From the NCBI GenBank assembly GCA_965116905.1, contig OZ220732.1:3584001-3648000 (forward strand): a DNA stretch of 64,000 bases, in the 5' to 3' direction. The stretch comes from Longimicrobiales bacterium. Its GTDB lineage: Bacteria; Gemmatimonadota; Gemmatimonadetes; Longimicrobiales; Gaopeijiaceae. Shown one piece after another: positions 37,734 to 47,799 of this stretch. Made by a program: the position numbers and the translations under genes. Under the pieces are notes generated by a model that did not search any database, was not told the origin of the DNA, and was given only the letters and a program-made list of their open reading frames with translations. Numbering within the stretch: the stretch's first letter is position 1; each line of letters starts with the position of its first letter.

Positions 37734-38776
37734 TAGCCGGCCCGCTTGTCGACCAGGTTGCGCAGAGGCTCGCCGCGCACGAACCGGGCGATGTTGTTGG
37801 TGATCAGGTCGGTTTCGCGGTCCCAGAACCGGCGAGTGGTCGCGGACACGTGCGGGGTCATCACCACGTTCGGGTGCCCATAGAACGGATGCCCGCCGGG
37901 CAGGGGTTCCTTTCGGAACACGTCGAGCCCGGCTCCGCGCAGGTGACCCGAGTCCAGCGCTTCCAGCAACGCATCTTCGTCGAGCAGCCGTCCGCGCGCC
38001 ACGTTGATCAGGACGGCCCCCGGCTTCATCGCGAGCAGCCTGTCGCGGGTCATCATCCCCCGCGTTTCGTCGGTCTCGGGAACCGTCAGCACCAGGTAGT
38101 CCGCCTGTGACAGGACGCGGCCCAGCCCCTCCTGCCCGGCAACCACGTCCACGCCATCTCCACCCCGCTCCGCCCGCCGCCTGCGCACCGCCCGCCGTCT
38201 GCGCACCGCCAGCACCCTGCAGCCCAGGGCAGCGGCCTTGCGCGCCACCGCCCTGCCGATCCCGCCGTACCCGACGATGCCCACCGTGGCTCCGCCCACC
38301 TCCGTGACCGGCGCATCCGCCGCCCAGTACGACGGCGCGCTCCACAGCCCTTCGCGCTGGGCCCGCACGGCCAGGTCGAGACCGCGCGCGAAGTGGAAGA
38401 TCATCGCGAGCACCGTCTCCGACATCGGCTCGGCATGGATGCCCGCCGAGTTGGTGAACAGGATGTCCCTGGACCGCATCTCGGGCCCCAGCGAGGACCC
38501 CACGCCAGCGGCTCCCGAGTGCACCCACTCGAGCCCGGGGGCGGCTTCGAGCACCTCCGCAGGGATCCCGTACCCCATGTACACGCGCGCCGACCTCACC
38601 GCCTCCAGCAACTCGGGTGGAGCGCGCTGCACGCCATCGCCCGAACCGTCGGCCGGCGTTTCCATGAACGTCACCGTCCAGTCGGCCGGCACCGCCGCGG
38701 CAATTCGCTCGCGCGCCCGGTCCGGCAGCGCCCAGATCGGCCGCCGGTCCATGAGATCGATGACCAGCGTGGCCAC
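37730..38776 (-). CDS. D-2-hydroxyacid dehydrogenase
   Basis: GIVGYGGIG, INVARG, LDVF..EPL, TPHVS. Confidence 0.9.
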   Translation of the reverse strand: MATLVIDLMDRRPIWALPDRARERIAAAVPADWTVTFMETPADGSGDGVQRAPPELLEAVRSARVYMGYGIPAEVLEAAPGLEWVHSGAAGVGSSLGPEMRSRDILFTNSAGIHAEPMSETVLAMIFHFARGLDLAVRAQREGLWSAPSYWAADAPVTEVGGATVGIVGYGGIGRAVARKAAALGCRVLAVRRRRAVRRRRAERGGDGVDVVAGQEGLGRVLSQADYLVLTVPETDETRGMMTRDRLLAMKPGAVLINVARGRLLDEDALLEALDSGHLRGAGLDVFRKEPLPGGHPFYGHPNVVMTPHVSATTRRFWDRETDLITNNIARFVRGEPLRNLVDKRAGY

Positions 38777-38778
38777 GC

Positions 38779-40065
38779 TCAGGGCGTCAGGCGGTTGATC
38801 AGGCGCGGGAACGGAACGAGTTCGCGAATATGCGGCCGTCCCGTGATCCAGCCCACCGTCCGCTCAACCCCCAATCCGAAGCCGGAGTGGGGAAAGGTCC
38901 CGAACTTCCGCAGGTCCAGGTACCAGTTGTAGGCCTCCTCGGGAAGTCCCTCTTCGCGGATCCGCGCGAGCAGACGGTCGTGGTCGTCTTCCCGCTGGCT
39001 GCCTCCGATGATCTCGCCATAGCCGTCGGGGGCGAGCAGGTCGTTGCAGAGAACGGTGCGCGGATCGGCGGGGTTCTCCTTCATGTAGAAGGCCTTCGCC
39101 TCCTTCGGGTAGTTGTAGACGAAGACAGGGCAGTCGAACCAGCCTGAAATGAGCGTCTCCTCGACGACCCCCAGATCCCTGCCCCACTCGAACTCCCGTC
39201 CCTCGTCATTCAGCCGCTCGACCGCATCGCTGTAGCTGATCCGGGGAAACGGCGCGACCACCGACTCCAGCCGGCTCCGATCCCGGCCGAGCACCTCCAA
39301 CTCCGGACCGCAGCGCTCCAGGGCGCGTTCGACCATGTAGCAGACGAAGGACTCCTGAAGGGTCATGTTCTCGTCGGAATCGGCGAACGCGACCTCGGGC
39401 TCGACCATCCAGAACTCGGTCAGATGCCGCCGCGTCTTCGACTTTTCGGCGCGGAAGGTCGGCCCGAAGCAGTAGACCTTGCGGAACGCCGGGCAGGCGC
39501 TCTCCACATAGAGCTGGCCGGTCTGGGCCAGGAACGCGCGTTCGCCGAAATAGTCGGTCTCGAAGAGCGTGCCCGCGGACTCGCCGATCGCCCCGGTCAG
39601 GATCGGCGTGTCGATCCGCACGAAGTCGCGCTCGTACAGGAAGTCGTGAATGGCCTGTTCCACCTCCGCGCGCACCCTCAGCCCCGCGCGCTGGCGGCTG
39701 GACCGCAGCCACAGGTGACGGTGGTCCAGAAGGAACTCGACGCCGTGCTCCTTGGGTTGAATCGGATACTCGTCGCTGGCTCCGATGATCTCCACCTCGG
39801 AAACCGTGAGTTCGTATCCGCCCGGTGCCCTGGCGTCCTCCCGCACCACGCCGCCGACCGTCACACAGCTCTCCTGCGTGAGCGAGGTGACGAGTTCCCA
39901 GGTGTCTTCCGACACGGCGGACTTGACGACGACGCCCTGCACCACGCCGGTGCCGTCGCGCACGACCACGAAGGCGACTCTGGCGTGAACCCGGACGGAG
40001 GCGATCCAGCCCGAAACGGTGACCGCCTGTTCGGCCAGGCGGGGCAAGTCTTTGACCAGGGACAT
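38779..40065 (-). CDS. asnS: Asparagine--tRNA ligase
   Basis: RDGTG OB fold, RHLWLRS, FGPTFRAEKSKTRRHLTEFWM, EIIGGSQRE, PHSGFGLG.ER. Confidence 0.95.
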   Translation of the reverse strand: MSLVKDLPRLAEQAVTVSGWIASVRVHARVAFVVVRDGTGVVQGVVVKSAVSEDTWELVTSLTQESCVTVGGVVREDARAPGGYELTVSEVEIIGASDEYPIQPKEHGVEFLLDHRHLWLRSSRQRAGLRVRAEVEQAIHDFLYERDFVRIDTPILTGAIGESAGTLFETDYFGERAFLAQTGQLYVESACPAFRKVYCFGPTFRAEKSKTRRHLTEFWMVEPEVAFADSDENMTLQESFVCYMVERALERCGPELEVLGRDRSRLESVVAPFPRISYSDAVERLNDEGREFEWGRDLGVVEETLISGWFDCPVFVYNYPKEAKAFYMKENPADPRTVLCNDLLAPDGYGEIIGGSQREDDHDRLLARIREEGLPEEAYNWYLDLRKFGTFPHSGFGLGVERTVGWITGRPHIRELVPFPRLINRLTP

Positions 40066-40100
40066 TGGATTCGGAAGCTACCGGAAGCGTGCCGGCCGGT

Positions 40101-42257
40101 TCAACCCAGCCCGAAGAGTTTCAGCCTGTCGCCGTAGCGCCGCTCCAGGAGGAATCGGACCAGCGCGTTGCCGCCATCGGTCAGCAGGGGATCGGCGTCG
40201 ACCAGGGCGCGGGCGCGGTCCCGGGCGGGGGCAACGAGGTCGCCGTGCCTGAGGATATCGGCGAATCGCAGGTCCGTCCGGTGCCCGTGCTGCTCCGCCC
40301 CGAAGAGGTCCCCCTGCCCGCGGATGCGAAGGTCCTCCGCCGCGATCTCGAAGCCGTCGGTCGTCCGGGCGAAGGCCCGCAGCCGTTCGTCCGCCCCCTC
40401 CGCGCCGTCGGAGATCACGAAACACACGCCCCCGTGGTCGCCACGCCCGATCCTGCCGCGCAGCTGGTGGAGCTGGCTCAGTCCGAAGCGCTCCGCGTTC
40501 TCGATGACCATGGCGGTGGCGTTGGGCACATCGATCCCCACCTCGATCACGGTGGTGGACACGAGCACGTCCACATGGCCGGCCAGGAACGCGCGCATGA
40601 TCCGGTCCTTCTCCTCGCCGGGTATCCGTCCATGCAGCAGCGCGACCTCACGCCCCGCGAAGTCCTCGCGCCGGAGCCGCTCGAACTCGGTCTCGGCGGC
40701 GCGCAGCTCCGTCTTCGCGGACTCCTCGATGACGGGGTAGACGACGTACGCCTGCTGTCCCCTGTCGAGCCTTTCCGCGACCTCGCGGAACACCTCGGTG
40801 CGTTCCTCCGGCCCCGCCAGCCGCGTGGTGACGGGCTGCCGGCCCGGGGGGAGTTCGTCGATCACGCTGATGTCGAGATGGCCGTGCATCGCCATGGCGA
40901 GCGAGCGCGGGATCGGCGTGGCCGACATGACCAGGACATCCGGGGCCGGATCGCGTTCCGCGAGGGCCATGCGCTGCCGGACGCCGAAACGGTGCTGCTC
41001 GTCGACCACCACGAGGCCGAGCGCGTGGAAGTCGACCCCTTCCTGGATGAGCGCGTGCGTGCCGACCACGAGCCTGGCGTCACCGCCCGCGATCCGGGCG
41101 CGGGCAGCCTTGCGGCGGGCGCCGGTCATGGAGCCCGCCAGCAGCGCGACATCCAGCCCCAGCTCGCCGATTCGCTGCGCGTGTTGCTCGGCGAGGATCT
41201 CGGTCGGCGCCATCATTGCCGCCTGGTATCCTCCTTCGACGGCCAGCAGCATGGCGAAAAGGGCAACCAGCGTCTTGCCGGAACCCACGTCGCCCTGGAG
41301 CATCCGATTCATGCGGCGCGCGGAGGTCATGTCGGCATAGATCTCGCGCAGGACCGCGATCTGGGCGCCGGTAAGCCTGAACGGCAGCCGTTCGTGAAGC
41401 GCCCTGATGAGCTCGTTGGTGCGCCGGAACGCGATTCCGGGCCGTTCGCGCGTGGCGCGGTAGCGCTCCCTGGCCTGCAGAAGCTGAAGAAAGAAGAGTT
41501 CGTCGTACGCGAGCCGGCGTTTGGCGTCGTCGACCTGCGCGAGGGAGCGCGGGCGGTGCAGCGTCTCGAGCGCGTCGGGGAGTTCCATCAGATCCCCCCG
41601 GACCCGGGGTGGCAGATACTCCTCGGCGCGCACCTGTTTGAGGAGCCAGTCCAGGTTCTGTGAGAAAACACGCCGGAAGATCCATTGGGGCAGTTCGTCG
41701 GACGCGGGATAGATGGCGAAGATCCTGCCGGGCGAGTCGGGCGAGTCGGGCGTGCCAGGCGAATCCGGCGTGCCGGGCGTGTCGGGCGTGCGGGGCGAAT
41801 CCGGCGTGCCGGGCGTGCCGGGCGTACCCGGCCGCCGCGGGCCATCCGACGCTCGCGCCAGGAGCGTATGCTCCCGCGGCTGAATCTGGCGGCCGTGAAA
41901 GAACTTGACCGGGCCGGTGACGAGGATCCGGTCGCCCTCCCGCATTCCGCGCTCGACCCAAGGCTGCCCCGGCCAGGCACACGTCATGATCCCGGTGTCG
42001 TCCTGGATGACGGCCTGGAAGATGCGCAGCCCCGACCGCGTGGGGACCACGCCCTTGCTCCGCACTTCTCCCACCGCCGTCACATCCATGCCGACCTGCG
42101 CGAGCGCAAGGGGCGTGATGGTCGAGGCGTCGTCGTAGCGCCGCGGAACGTGGTAGAGCAGGTCTCTTGCGCAAAGGATGCCCATGCGCGCCAGGGCTTC
42201 CGCCCGCCTCGGCCCGACGCCCTTGAGAAACTGCACCGGTTTGTCGAGGAGGGTCAT
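40101..42257 (-). CDS. recG: ATP-dependent DNA helicase RecG
   Basis: QGDVGSGKT, DEQHRFGV, SATPIPR, QLHQLRGR.GR, DL.IRG.G. Confidence 0.97.
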   Translation of the reverse strand: MTLLDKPVQFLKGVGPRRAEALARMGILCARDLLYHVPRRYDDASTITPLALAQVGMDVTAVGEVRSKGVVPTRSGLRIFQAVIQDDTGIMTCAWPGQPWVERGMREGDRILVTGPVKFFHGRQIQPREHTLLARASDGPRRPGTPGTPGTPDSPRTPDTPGTPDSPGTPDSPDSPGRIFAIYPASDELPQWIFRRVFSQNLDWLLKQVRAEEYLPPRVRGDLMELPDALETLHRPRSLAQVDDAKRRLAYDELFFLQLLQARERYRATRERPGIAFRRTNELIRALHERLPFRLTGAQIAVLREIYADMTSARRMNRMLQGDVGSGKTLVALFAMLLAVEGGYQAAMMAPTEILAEQHAQRIGELGLDVALLAGSMTGARRKAARARIAGGDARLVVGTHALIQEGVDFHALGLVVVDEQHRFGVRQRMALAERDPAPDVLVMSATPIPRSLAMAMHGHLDISVIDELPPGRQPVTTRLAGPEERTEVFREVAERLDRGQQAYVVYPVIEESAKTELRAAETEFERLRREDFAGREVALLHGRIPGEEKDRIMRAFLAGHVDVLVSTTVIEVGIDVPNATAMVIENAERFGLSQLHQLRGRIGRGDHGGVCFVISDGAEGADERLRAFARTTDGFEIAAEDLRIRGQGDLFGAEQHGHRTDLRFADILRHGDLVAPARDRARALVDADPLLTDGGNALVRFLLERRYGDRLKLFGLG
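41727..41831. repeat. 9-bp-period coding repeat (PGT/PDS) inside recG
   Basis: PGTPGTPGTPDSPRTPDTPGTPDSPGTPDSPDSPG. Confidence 0.85.
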
Positions 42258-43129
42258 GACAACAGGCTGCCGACGAAGTCTTCCGGCTCGAAGGGTACAA
42301 GGTCATCAAGGGACTCTCCCACGCCCACGAGTCGGACCGGAATCCCCAGTTCGTCGCGAAGCGCCACGACGATGCCTCCCTGCGCCGTCGAGTCCATCTT
42401 GGCAAGCACGATACCGGTGACGCCGACCCGGCGCGAAAACTCCCGGGCCTGGACCAGTCCGTTCTGGCCAACCGTCGCGTCCAGGACCAGGAGGGTGTCG
42501 TGCGGAGCACCTGCGTGACGTTTGCGGATCACACGCTCCACCTTCGCCAGCTCGCTCATCAGGCCCCGGTGGGTATGGAGGCGGCCCGCCGTGTCCACGA
42601 GCACCACGTCCGTGCCACGGGCGAAGGCCGCCTCGAGCGCATCGAAGGCGACCGCTGCCGGATCTCCACCCGGCTGCCCGCCCACGAAGTCGGCACCCGC
42701 CCGCTCCGCCCAGCGCGCAAGTTGCGGGATCGCGCCCGCCCGGAAGGTGTCAGTCGCGGCGACGACCACACTCCGCCCCTCCGAGACGAAGCGATGCGCC
42801 AGTTTGCCCACCGTCGTGGTCTTGCCCACGCCGTTTACGCCCACGACCAGGTACACCGTCGGAGGTTCGGCGGCCAACACCGGAAACTCGCCCCCGTCTC
42901 CATCGAAGACGGCACGGAGCTGGTCGGCCAGGACGGCCCGGAGCCCTTCCTCGTCCCTCACCCTGCCCTTGCGCGCTTCCCTGTCCACGGCGGCGACGAA
43001 GCGCATGCTGGCCTCCACCCCGAAGTCGGCCATGATCAGCCGCTCTTCCAGGTCCTCGAGGGCCGCGGCGTCCACTCTGCGAAACGACGCGGGAATCGCC
43101 CGCGCGAGCGTGCGCCTCCAAATGCTCAT
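42254..43129 (-). CDS. ftsY: Signal recognition particle receptor FtsY (NG domain only)
   Basis: GVNGVGKTTT, DTFRAGA, DTAGRLH, KMDSTAQGG; ATG at 43129. Confidence 0.93.
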   Translation of the reverse strand: MSIWRRTLARAIPASFRRVDAAALEDLEERLIMADFGVEASMRFVAAVDREARKGRVRDEEGLRAVLADQLRAVFDGDGGEFPVLAAEPPTVYLVVGVNGVGKTTTVGKLAHRFVSEGRSVVVAATDTFRAGAIPQLARWAERAGADFVGGQPGGDPAAVAFDALEAAFARGTDVVLVDTAGRLHTHRGLMSELAKVERVIRKRHAGAPHDTLLVLDATVGQNGLVQAREFSRRVGVTGIVLAKMDSTAQGGIVVALRDELGIPVRLVGVGESLDDLVPFEPEDFVGSLLS

Positions 43130-43131
43130 CC

Positions 43132-45048
43132 CTATCGCAAGCCTGCTCGACGCCGTCCGATCCACTCCGCGCAAAGGAAGCCGAGAACCAGCAGATAGGG
43201 CCACGGCCACGTCCGTAACGGCCGGCCACTCGTGGCCGACGGTCCGCGCTGACCCGCGAGCACGGTCAATTCGGCCGGATCCAGGGCGCGGTGCAGCATC
43301 TCCTCGGTGAAGGGCTCCACGTCGAAGATGCCGTCGGCGGTGTCGGAGGCGGCCACGGCGTATCGGTACCGTCCCGGGGGGAGGGGCGGCGTTGTGAACA
43401 GCGCACCGGGCGGAACGACCGTGACCGTGTCGAGCCTTGTCGTTCCGGCCGAATCCGTGACGCTCAGCGAGATCTCTTCCCCTTCGTACCCCCTGCCGCG
43501 CCAGCGAACCGGGGTGCCCAGGCCACCCACGGCTACGGCCGGGCGAACACCGGGACCGCCAGCAACGGGTTCCTCGGACAGGATCCACCCGCCCACGGCG
43601 GCCCACAGGCGCCGATAGTGTTCACGCGGCTCTCCGTCCCGGAACGCCCAGCGCCAGAAGCCGCGGGCCAGCACGGCGGCCACGCGCCGGCGACCTTCGT
43701 CGCGCAGTACGAGCGCCGCCTCCGGCTCTCCGGCACCCCCGAGACGAACGCTCAGCGCGTCCCCGCCGCCATCGTCCACCAACGGGAGGACGGCGCTCAG
43801 CGGAGGCAGATCGACAAGGCGGCCGGTCTCGCCGGCGATCGGCGACGGAGGCGCCTCGTGCAGATACCACTCCCCGGGCAACGGCGCGCCCGCGGCCACG
43901 CCCGCCAGCGCGGCCCCCGCACCGTCCACCGGGAAGACGATCATGCCCCGGGTACGGGCCGTGGCCCGCTCGAGGAACTGGAGAGACGCGCCGTCCACCC
44001 CCATGGCCACCACCATCTCGGCGCGCCGCAGCATCCGTTCCAGCGTCTCCTGGTCGACCGCGTCGACAACACCCGCCCCCATCATGGGCTGGAAACGCCC
44101 GGGCCCGGCGCGCAGGTATCCCCGCACCGGCAGTCCCGTAACCTGGTCCAGCACGCTGAGCAGGAATCGCGGCTCCCAGTCCGGTGCGAGCGAGACCAGC
44201 AGCACCCCGGTCTCCTCCGGGTCCACCTCCACGACCGCGGTGCGCGCGTCGTCCAGCGGGAACGCGTCCTCCGTCTCGAGGCGCGCCGTCACCCGGTGCG
44301 ACCCCGCTGCGAGCACTCCCAGCGTGAATTCCGCGGTGCTGAACCCGCCCTGCTCCGGAGCGGCCAGCCGGAGCGCGTGTCTCACGCTGCCGTCGACCGA
44401 AACCGTGACGGTGACGGAGTCCTCCGGTGACGTGCCCTGCACGTCCACCCTGCCCCGGATCTCCCCGCCGCTCTCCGCCGTGGGCGGTACCACGAGACGG
44501 GCCAGCCCCAGGTTGGCAGCGGGCGGGCGCAGGCTGTCGACGGACACCCCGACACCGAGCTGTCTCGCGATCCGCGTAATCGCGACCGGGTCGCTGACCC
44601 GCCGGTCGGTGATGAGCGTGACCTCTCGCGCCCCCGCTTCGGCGGCAACCTCGACCGCTTCGCCGAGGACGGACCGAACGGCCGTCGGCGAGACCGCGGC
44701 CAGCGAGTCGGGATCGATCGCCGCTACGGATGCACCTGCCGAGAGCAACCGCGCTCCGCCACCCGCCAGCTGTCGTGCACGTGCCACCGCCGAGTCCCAG
44801 AGCGGCACCCCGTCGGGCCCAACAGCCGTCATGGAGGCGCTCGCGTCGAGGACTACGAAGTGCTCCGGAGAGGCATCTGCGGGCGCCGTCGAAACGACCG
44901 GATTCCAGAGCAGCGCGGCCACGCCGGCGACCGCCCCGATCCGTGCCGCCACCAGCAGCGGGCGTGCGCGTACGCGGAATTCGCGCCGGTAGTAGATCCA
45001 ACCGCAAACGCCGCCCGCAACGAGCAGAAAAAGGAGCGCTGGTACCAT
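43132..45048 (-). CDS. Membrane-anchored vWA-like hypothetical protein
   Basis: N-terminal TMs, LDASASM MIDAS-like motif, TD, C-terminal TM ending EW..RRR.GL. Confidence 0.7.
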   Translation of the reverse strand: MVPALLFLLVAGGVCGWIYYRREFRVRARPLLVAARIGAVAGVAALLWNPVVSTAPADASPEHFVVLDASASMTAVGPDGVPLWDSAVARARQLAGGGARLLSAGASVAAIDPDSLAAVSPTAVRSVLGEAVEVAAEAGAREVTLITDRRVSDPVAITRIARQLGVGVSVDSLRPPAANLGLARLVVPPTAESGGEIRGRVDVQGTSPEDSVTVTVSVDGSVRHALRLAAPEQGGFSTAEFTLGVLAAGSHRVTARLETEDAFPLDDARTAVVEVDPEETGVLLVSLAPDWEPRFLLSVLDQVTGLPVRGYLRAGPGRFQPMMGAGVVDAVDQETLERMLRRAEMVVAMGVDGASLQFLERATARTRGMIVFPVDGAGAALAGVAAGAPLPGEWYLHEAPPSPIAGETGRLVDLPPLSAVLPLVDDGGGDALSVRLGGAGEPEAALVLRDEGRRRVAAVLARGFWRWAFRDGEPREHYRRLWAAVGGWILSEEPVAGGPGVRPAVAVGGLGTPVRWRGRGYEGEEISLSVTDSAGTTRLDTVTVVPPGALFTTPPLPPGRYRYAVAASDTADGIFDVEPFTEEMLHRALDPAELTVLAGQRGPSATSGRPLRTWPWPYLLVLGFLCAEWIGRRRAGLR

Positions 45049-45060
45049 GGTCGTAATGTA

Positions 45061-45147
45061 GGGGCCGCGGGTCTCGTAGGGGGCAGCGGGTCATGTCGGG
45101 GCAGCGGGTAACATCGGGGCCGCGGGTCATGTCGGGGGCAGCGGTCA
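45061..45147. repeat. About 18-bp degenerate tandem repeat x4-5, intergenic
   Basis: ggggc(c/a)gcgggtcatgtc-like units. Confidence 0.75.
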
Positions 45148-46401
45148 GCCGTCCGGGTCCACCACCCTCGTTTCCGTACGCCGCTCTCGGAATGTCTCGG
45201 GACCGGGAAGGCCGAGCAACAGCCGCAGGCGTTCGTCGCGCTCGCGCTGCCAGCGCTCCACATCCGCCGCGGGGACCGGATCCTCTGCGGGCAGGTCGAT
45301 CGCGATGGGATCGATCGGCCGGCCACCCACGTGCATTTCGTAGTGGAGGTGGGGCCCCGTCGCCAGCCCGGTCATGCCCACGTATCCGATCACCTCGCCC
45401 TGGGTCACCCGCGAACCGACGGCCAGCCCGCGCGCCCACCCGCTGAGGTGTGCGTAGCGTGTCAGAAAGCCGTTCGGATGCCGCACGTCGATGACCCGGC
45501 CGTAGGCGTCCGCCCACCCCCGGCGAACGACGACGCCACTGCCGGTAACCTGCACCGGCGTGCCGGAGTTCGCTGCGTAGTCCACGCCGCGATGGGCTCG
45601 CCAGCGCCGCAGAATCGGGTGAAACCGGCTGTTGGTGAAGCCGGAGGAGATACGGCTCAGCTCGATCGGCTTCATGAGAAACGCGCGGCGGACCGACTGC
45701 CCTTCAAGGTCGAACCAGCTCGCCGGCTCGTCGCGCGGCTCGAACCGGATCGCGTAGTAGGACCGCCCGGCGTTCACGAGCTCGGCCGCGAGAAGCTGTC
45801 CGGAACGCATGCTCCCGTCCGGCCGCTTCTCCCGCTCGAGGACAAACCGGTAGGTGTCGCCCTCCCGGATCTGTCGGCTGAAGTCGATCTGCCACTGAAA
45901 GACCCGGTCCAGCCGCCCGACCATCTGGCGCCGGTCCGCGGCCGGCACGCCACCCAGCCCCTCGTTGTCGAGAATGGCGATCCAGAGGCTCGACTGGATC
46001 TCGCCCGCGACGAAGACGGTGTCGGTCGTGGTCACCAGTTCGATGATCGAGGAGGTCCATCCACTCCGCGCACGCTCGAGACGGACCATGCGGTCCCTGT
46101 CGAGATCGACCTCGATCCGATGCGGGTCCTCGCCCCATCGGCGACGGACGATCCGGACCTCGCTGCCGGACCGCATCCGCCGTGGATTCGCCTGCTCCCT
46201 GAAGGCCAGGAGAAGATTGTTGCGATCGGCCCCGCGCAGCTCCGCGTCTTCCAGGAGCTGTCCAAGGGTCACGCCAGCGGACATGGAGCGCACGTCCACA
46301 ACCTCGGGCACGCTCGCATAGACGCCGGGCACGGCAACCGCTTCAGGCACGCGGTCCCGGTTCCACGACGCGAATCCGACGGCCAGGGCCGCTGCCGCCA
46401 C
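45145..46401 (-). CDS. M23 family murein endopeptidase (MepM/YebA-like)
   Basis: ISSGF...RFHPI, HRGVDYAA, YAHLS, TGLATGPHLHYE; true start may lie nearer 46455. Confidence 0.9.
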   Translation of the reverse strand: MAAAALAVGFASWNRDRVPEAVAVPGVYASVPEVVDVRSMSAGVTLGQLLEDAELRGADRNNLLLAFREQANPRRMRSGSEVRIVRRRWGEDPHRIEVDLDRDRMVRLERARSGWTSSIIELVTTTDTVFVAGEIQSSLWIAILDNEGLGGVPAADRRQMVGRLDRVFQWQIDFSRQIREGDTYRFVLEREKRPDGSMRSGQLLAAELVNAGRSYYAIRFEPRDEPASWFDLEGQSVRRAFLMKPIELSRISSGFTNSRFHPILRRWRAHRGVDYAANSGTPVQVTGSGVVVRRGWADAYGRVIDVRHPNGFLTRYAHLSGWARGLAVGSRVTQGEVIGYVGMTGLATGPHLHYEMHVGGRPIDPIAIDLPAEDPVPAADVERWQRERDERLRLLLGLPGPETFRERRTETRVVDPDG

Positions 46402-46451
46402 CGGCAGAGCGGTGCCCCAAAGGCGCTTCGCGGCTTTATCGAGCTTCGGAA

Positions 46452-47747
46452 TCAGGCGTAGTTCCTCCGGATGAAGGTCGGCAGCTCCAGCTCCCTGCGG
46501 ATCAGCGTGCCACGCGTGCCACCCAGACCGCCGTCCGCAGCCGGACGCGGTGACATGGGTGCCATTGTACTACGAGACCCGAGGGAATGCAGGTTCGTTG
46601 TCTCCGCGGTGTCATGGTACATGGCGCCGCCGTGGGCCTGCGGGCCCGCGCCGACCGCCTCCCTGCGGAAAACGGCGGGGGCGTCGGCACCGCCACCCAC
46701 GGCTGCCCGCCTGTGCTCGGTCGCGCGGTTCACCTGGGACGCCCCGAACCGCGGGCGCAACACCTGGCTCTCCTGCCGCCGTTCTCCACCCTCCTTGAAC
46801 CCGGTGGCGATCAGCGTGACCCTCACCTCGCCCTCCATGCTCGCATCCTGGACGTTGCCGAAGATGATCTCGGCGTCCTCGCCGACCTCCTCCTGGATCA
46901 TCATCGAGATGCCCGTGACCTCGTCGATGGTCAGGTCGGAACCGCCGGTGATGTTGATCAGCACGCCCTGGGCTCCACGAATCGAGATGTTGTCCAGGAG
47001 CGGGGAAGTGATGGCGTCCCGGGCCGCACTGACGGCGCGGTTCTCGCCCCGGCCGACCCCCGTGCCCATGAGCGCCGCGCCGCACGACGCCATGATCGTG
47101 CGCACATCGGCGAAGTCGACGTTGACCTCGCCGCTCACCCGGATCAGGTCGCTGATCCCCTGGGTCGCCTGCAGCAACACTTCGTCCGCCTTCTTCAGCG
47201 CGTCCTTGAACGAAGTACCCTTGCCGACAACCGAGAGGAGGTGGTCGTTGGGGACCACGATCATCGTGTCGACCGTGCGCTTGAGCTCCGCCAGCCCCTG
47301 CTCGGCCTGGCGCAGCCGCTTCTTGCCCTCGAATGCAAACGGCCGTGTCACCACGGCGATCGCCAGCGCGCCCATTTCCCTCGCCATCTCGCCGATGACC
47401 GGAGCCGCGCCCGTGCCCGTCCCGCCGCCCATGCCGGCGGCAATGAACACCAGGTCGGCCCCTTCGAGCAGCTCACGGACCTCGTCCGCATCCTCCGCGA
47501 TCGCCTGGCGGCCGATTCCCGGCCTGGCACCCGCACCCAGACCCTGGGTCAGACGCTTGCCCAGCTGGATCACATGCGGCGCCTTGGAGCGGCTCAGGGC
47601 CTGAGCGTCGGTGTTGGCCGAGATGAACTCGACCCCCTCAAGGTCCTCGTCGATCATGCGGTTGACGGCATTGCCGCCGGCCCCTCCCACACCGATCACC
47701 CTCATCAGGGCCCGGTTCTTCGGGGCATCGTCGAGTTCGAAAATCAT
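46452..47747 (-). CDS. ftsZ: Cell division protein FtsZ
   Basis: GVGGAGGNAVNRM, GGGTGTGAAP, NVDFADV, C-terminal LELPTFIRR. Confidence 0.98.
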   Translation of the reverse strand: MIFELDDAPKNRALMRVIGVGGAGGNAVNRMIDEDLEGVEFISANTDAQALSRSKAPHVIQLGKRLTQGLGAGARPGIGRQAIAEDADEVRELLEGADLVFIAAGMGGGTGTGAAPVIGEMAREMGALAIAVVTRPFAFEGKKRLRQAEQGLAELKRTVDTMIVVPNDHLLSVVGKGTSFKDALKKADEVLLQATQGISDLIRVSGEVNVDFADVRTIMASCGAALMGTGVGRGENRAVSAARDAITSPLLDNISIRGAQGVLINITGGSDLTIDEVTGISMMIQEEVGEDAEIIFGNVQDASMEGEVRVTLIATGFKEGGERRQESQVLRPRFGASQVNRATEHRRAAVGGGADAPAVFRREAVGAGPQAHGGAMYHDTAETTNLHSLGSRSTMAPMSPRPAADGGLGGTRGTLIRRELELPTFIRRNYA

Positions 47748-47799
47748 CGTCTCATCTCCTTTCCTGGGATCACTGATCCCGTGGTCTTGACAGTCCGCA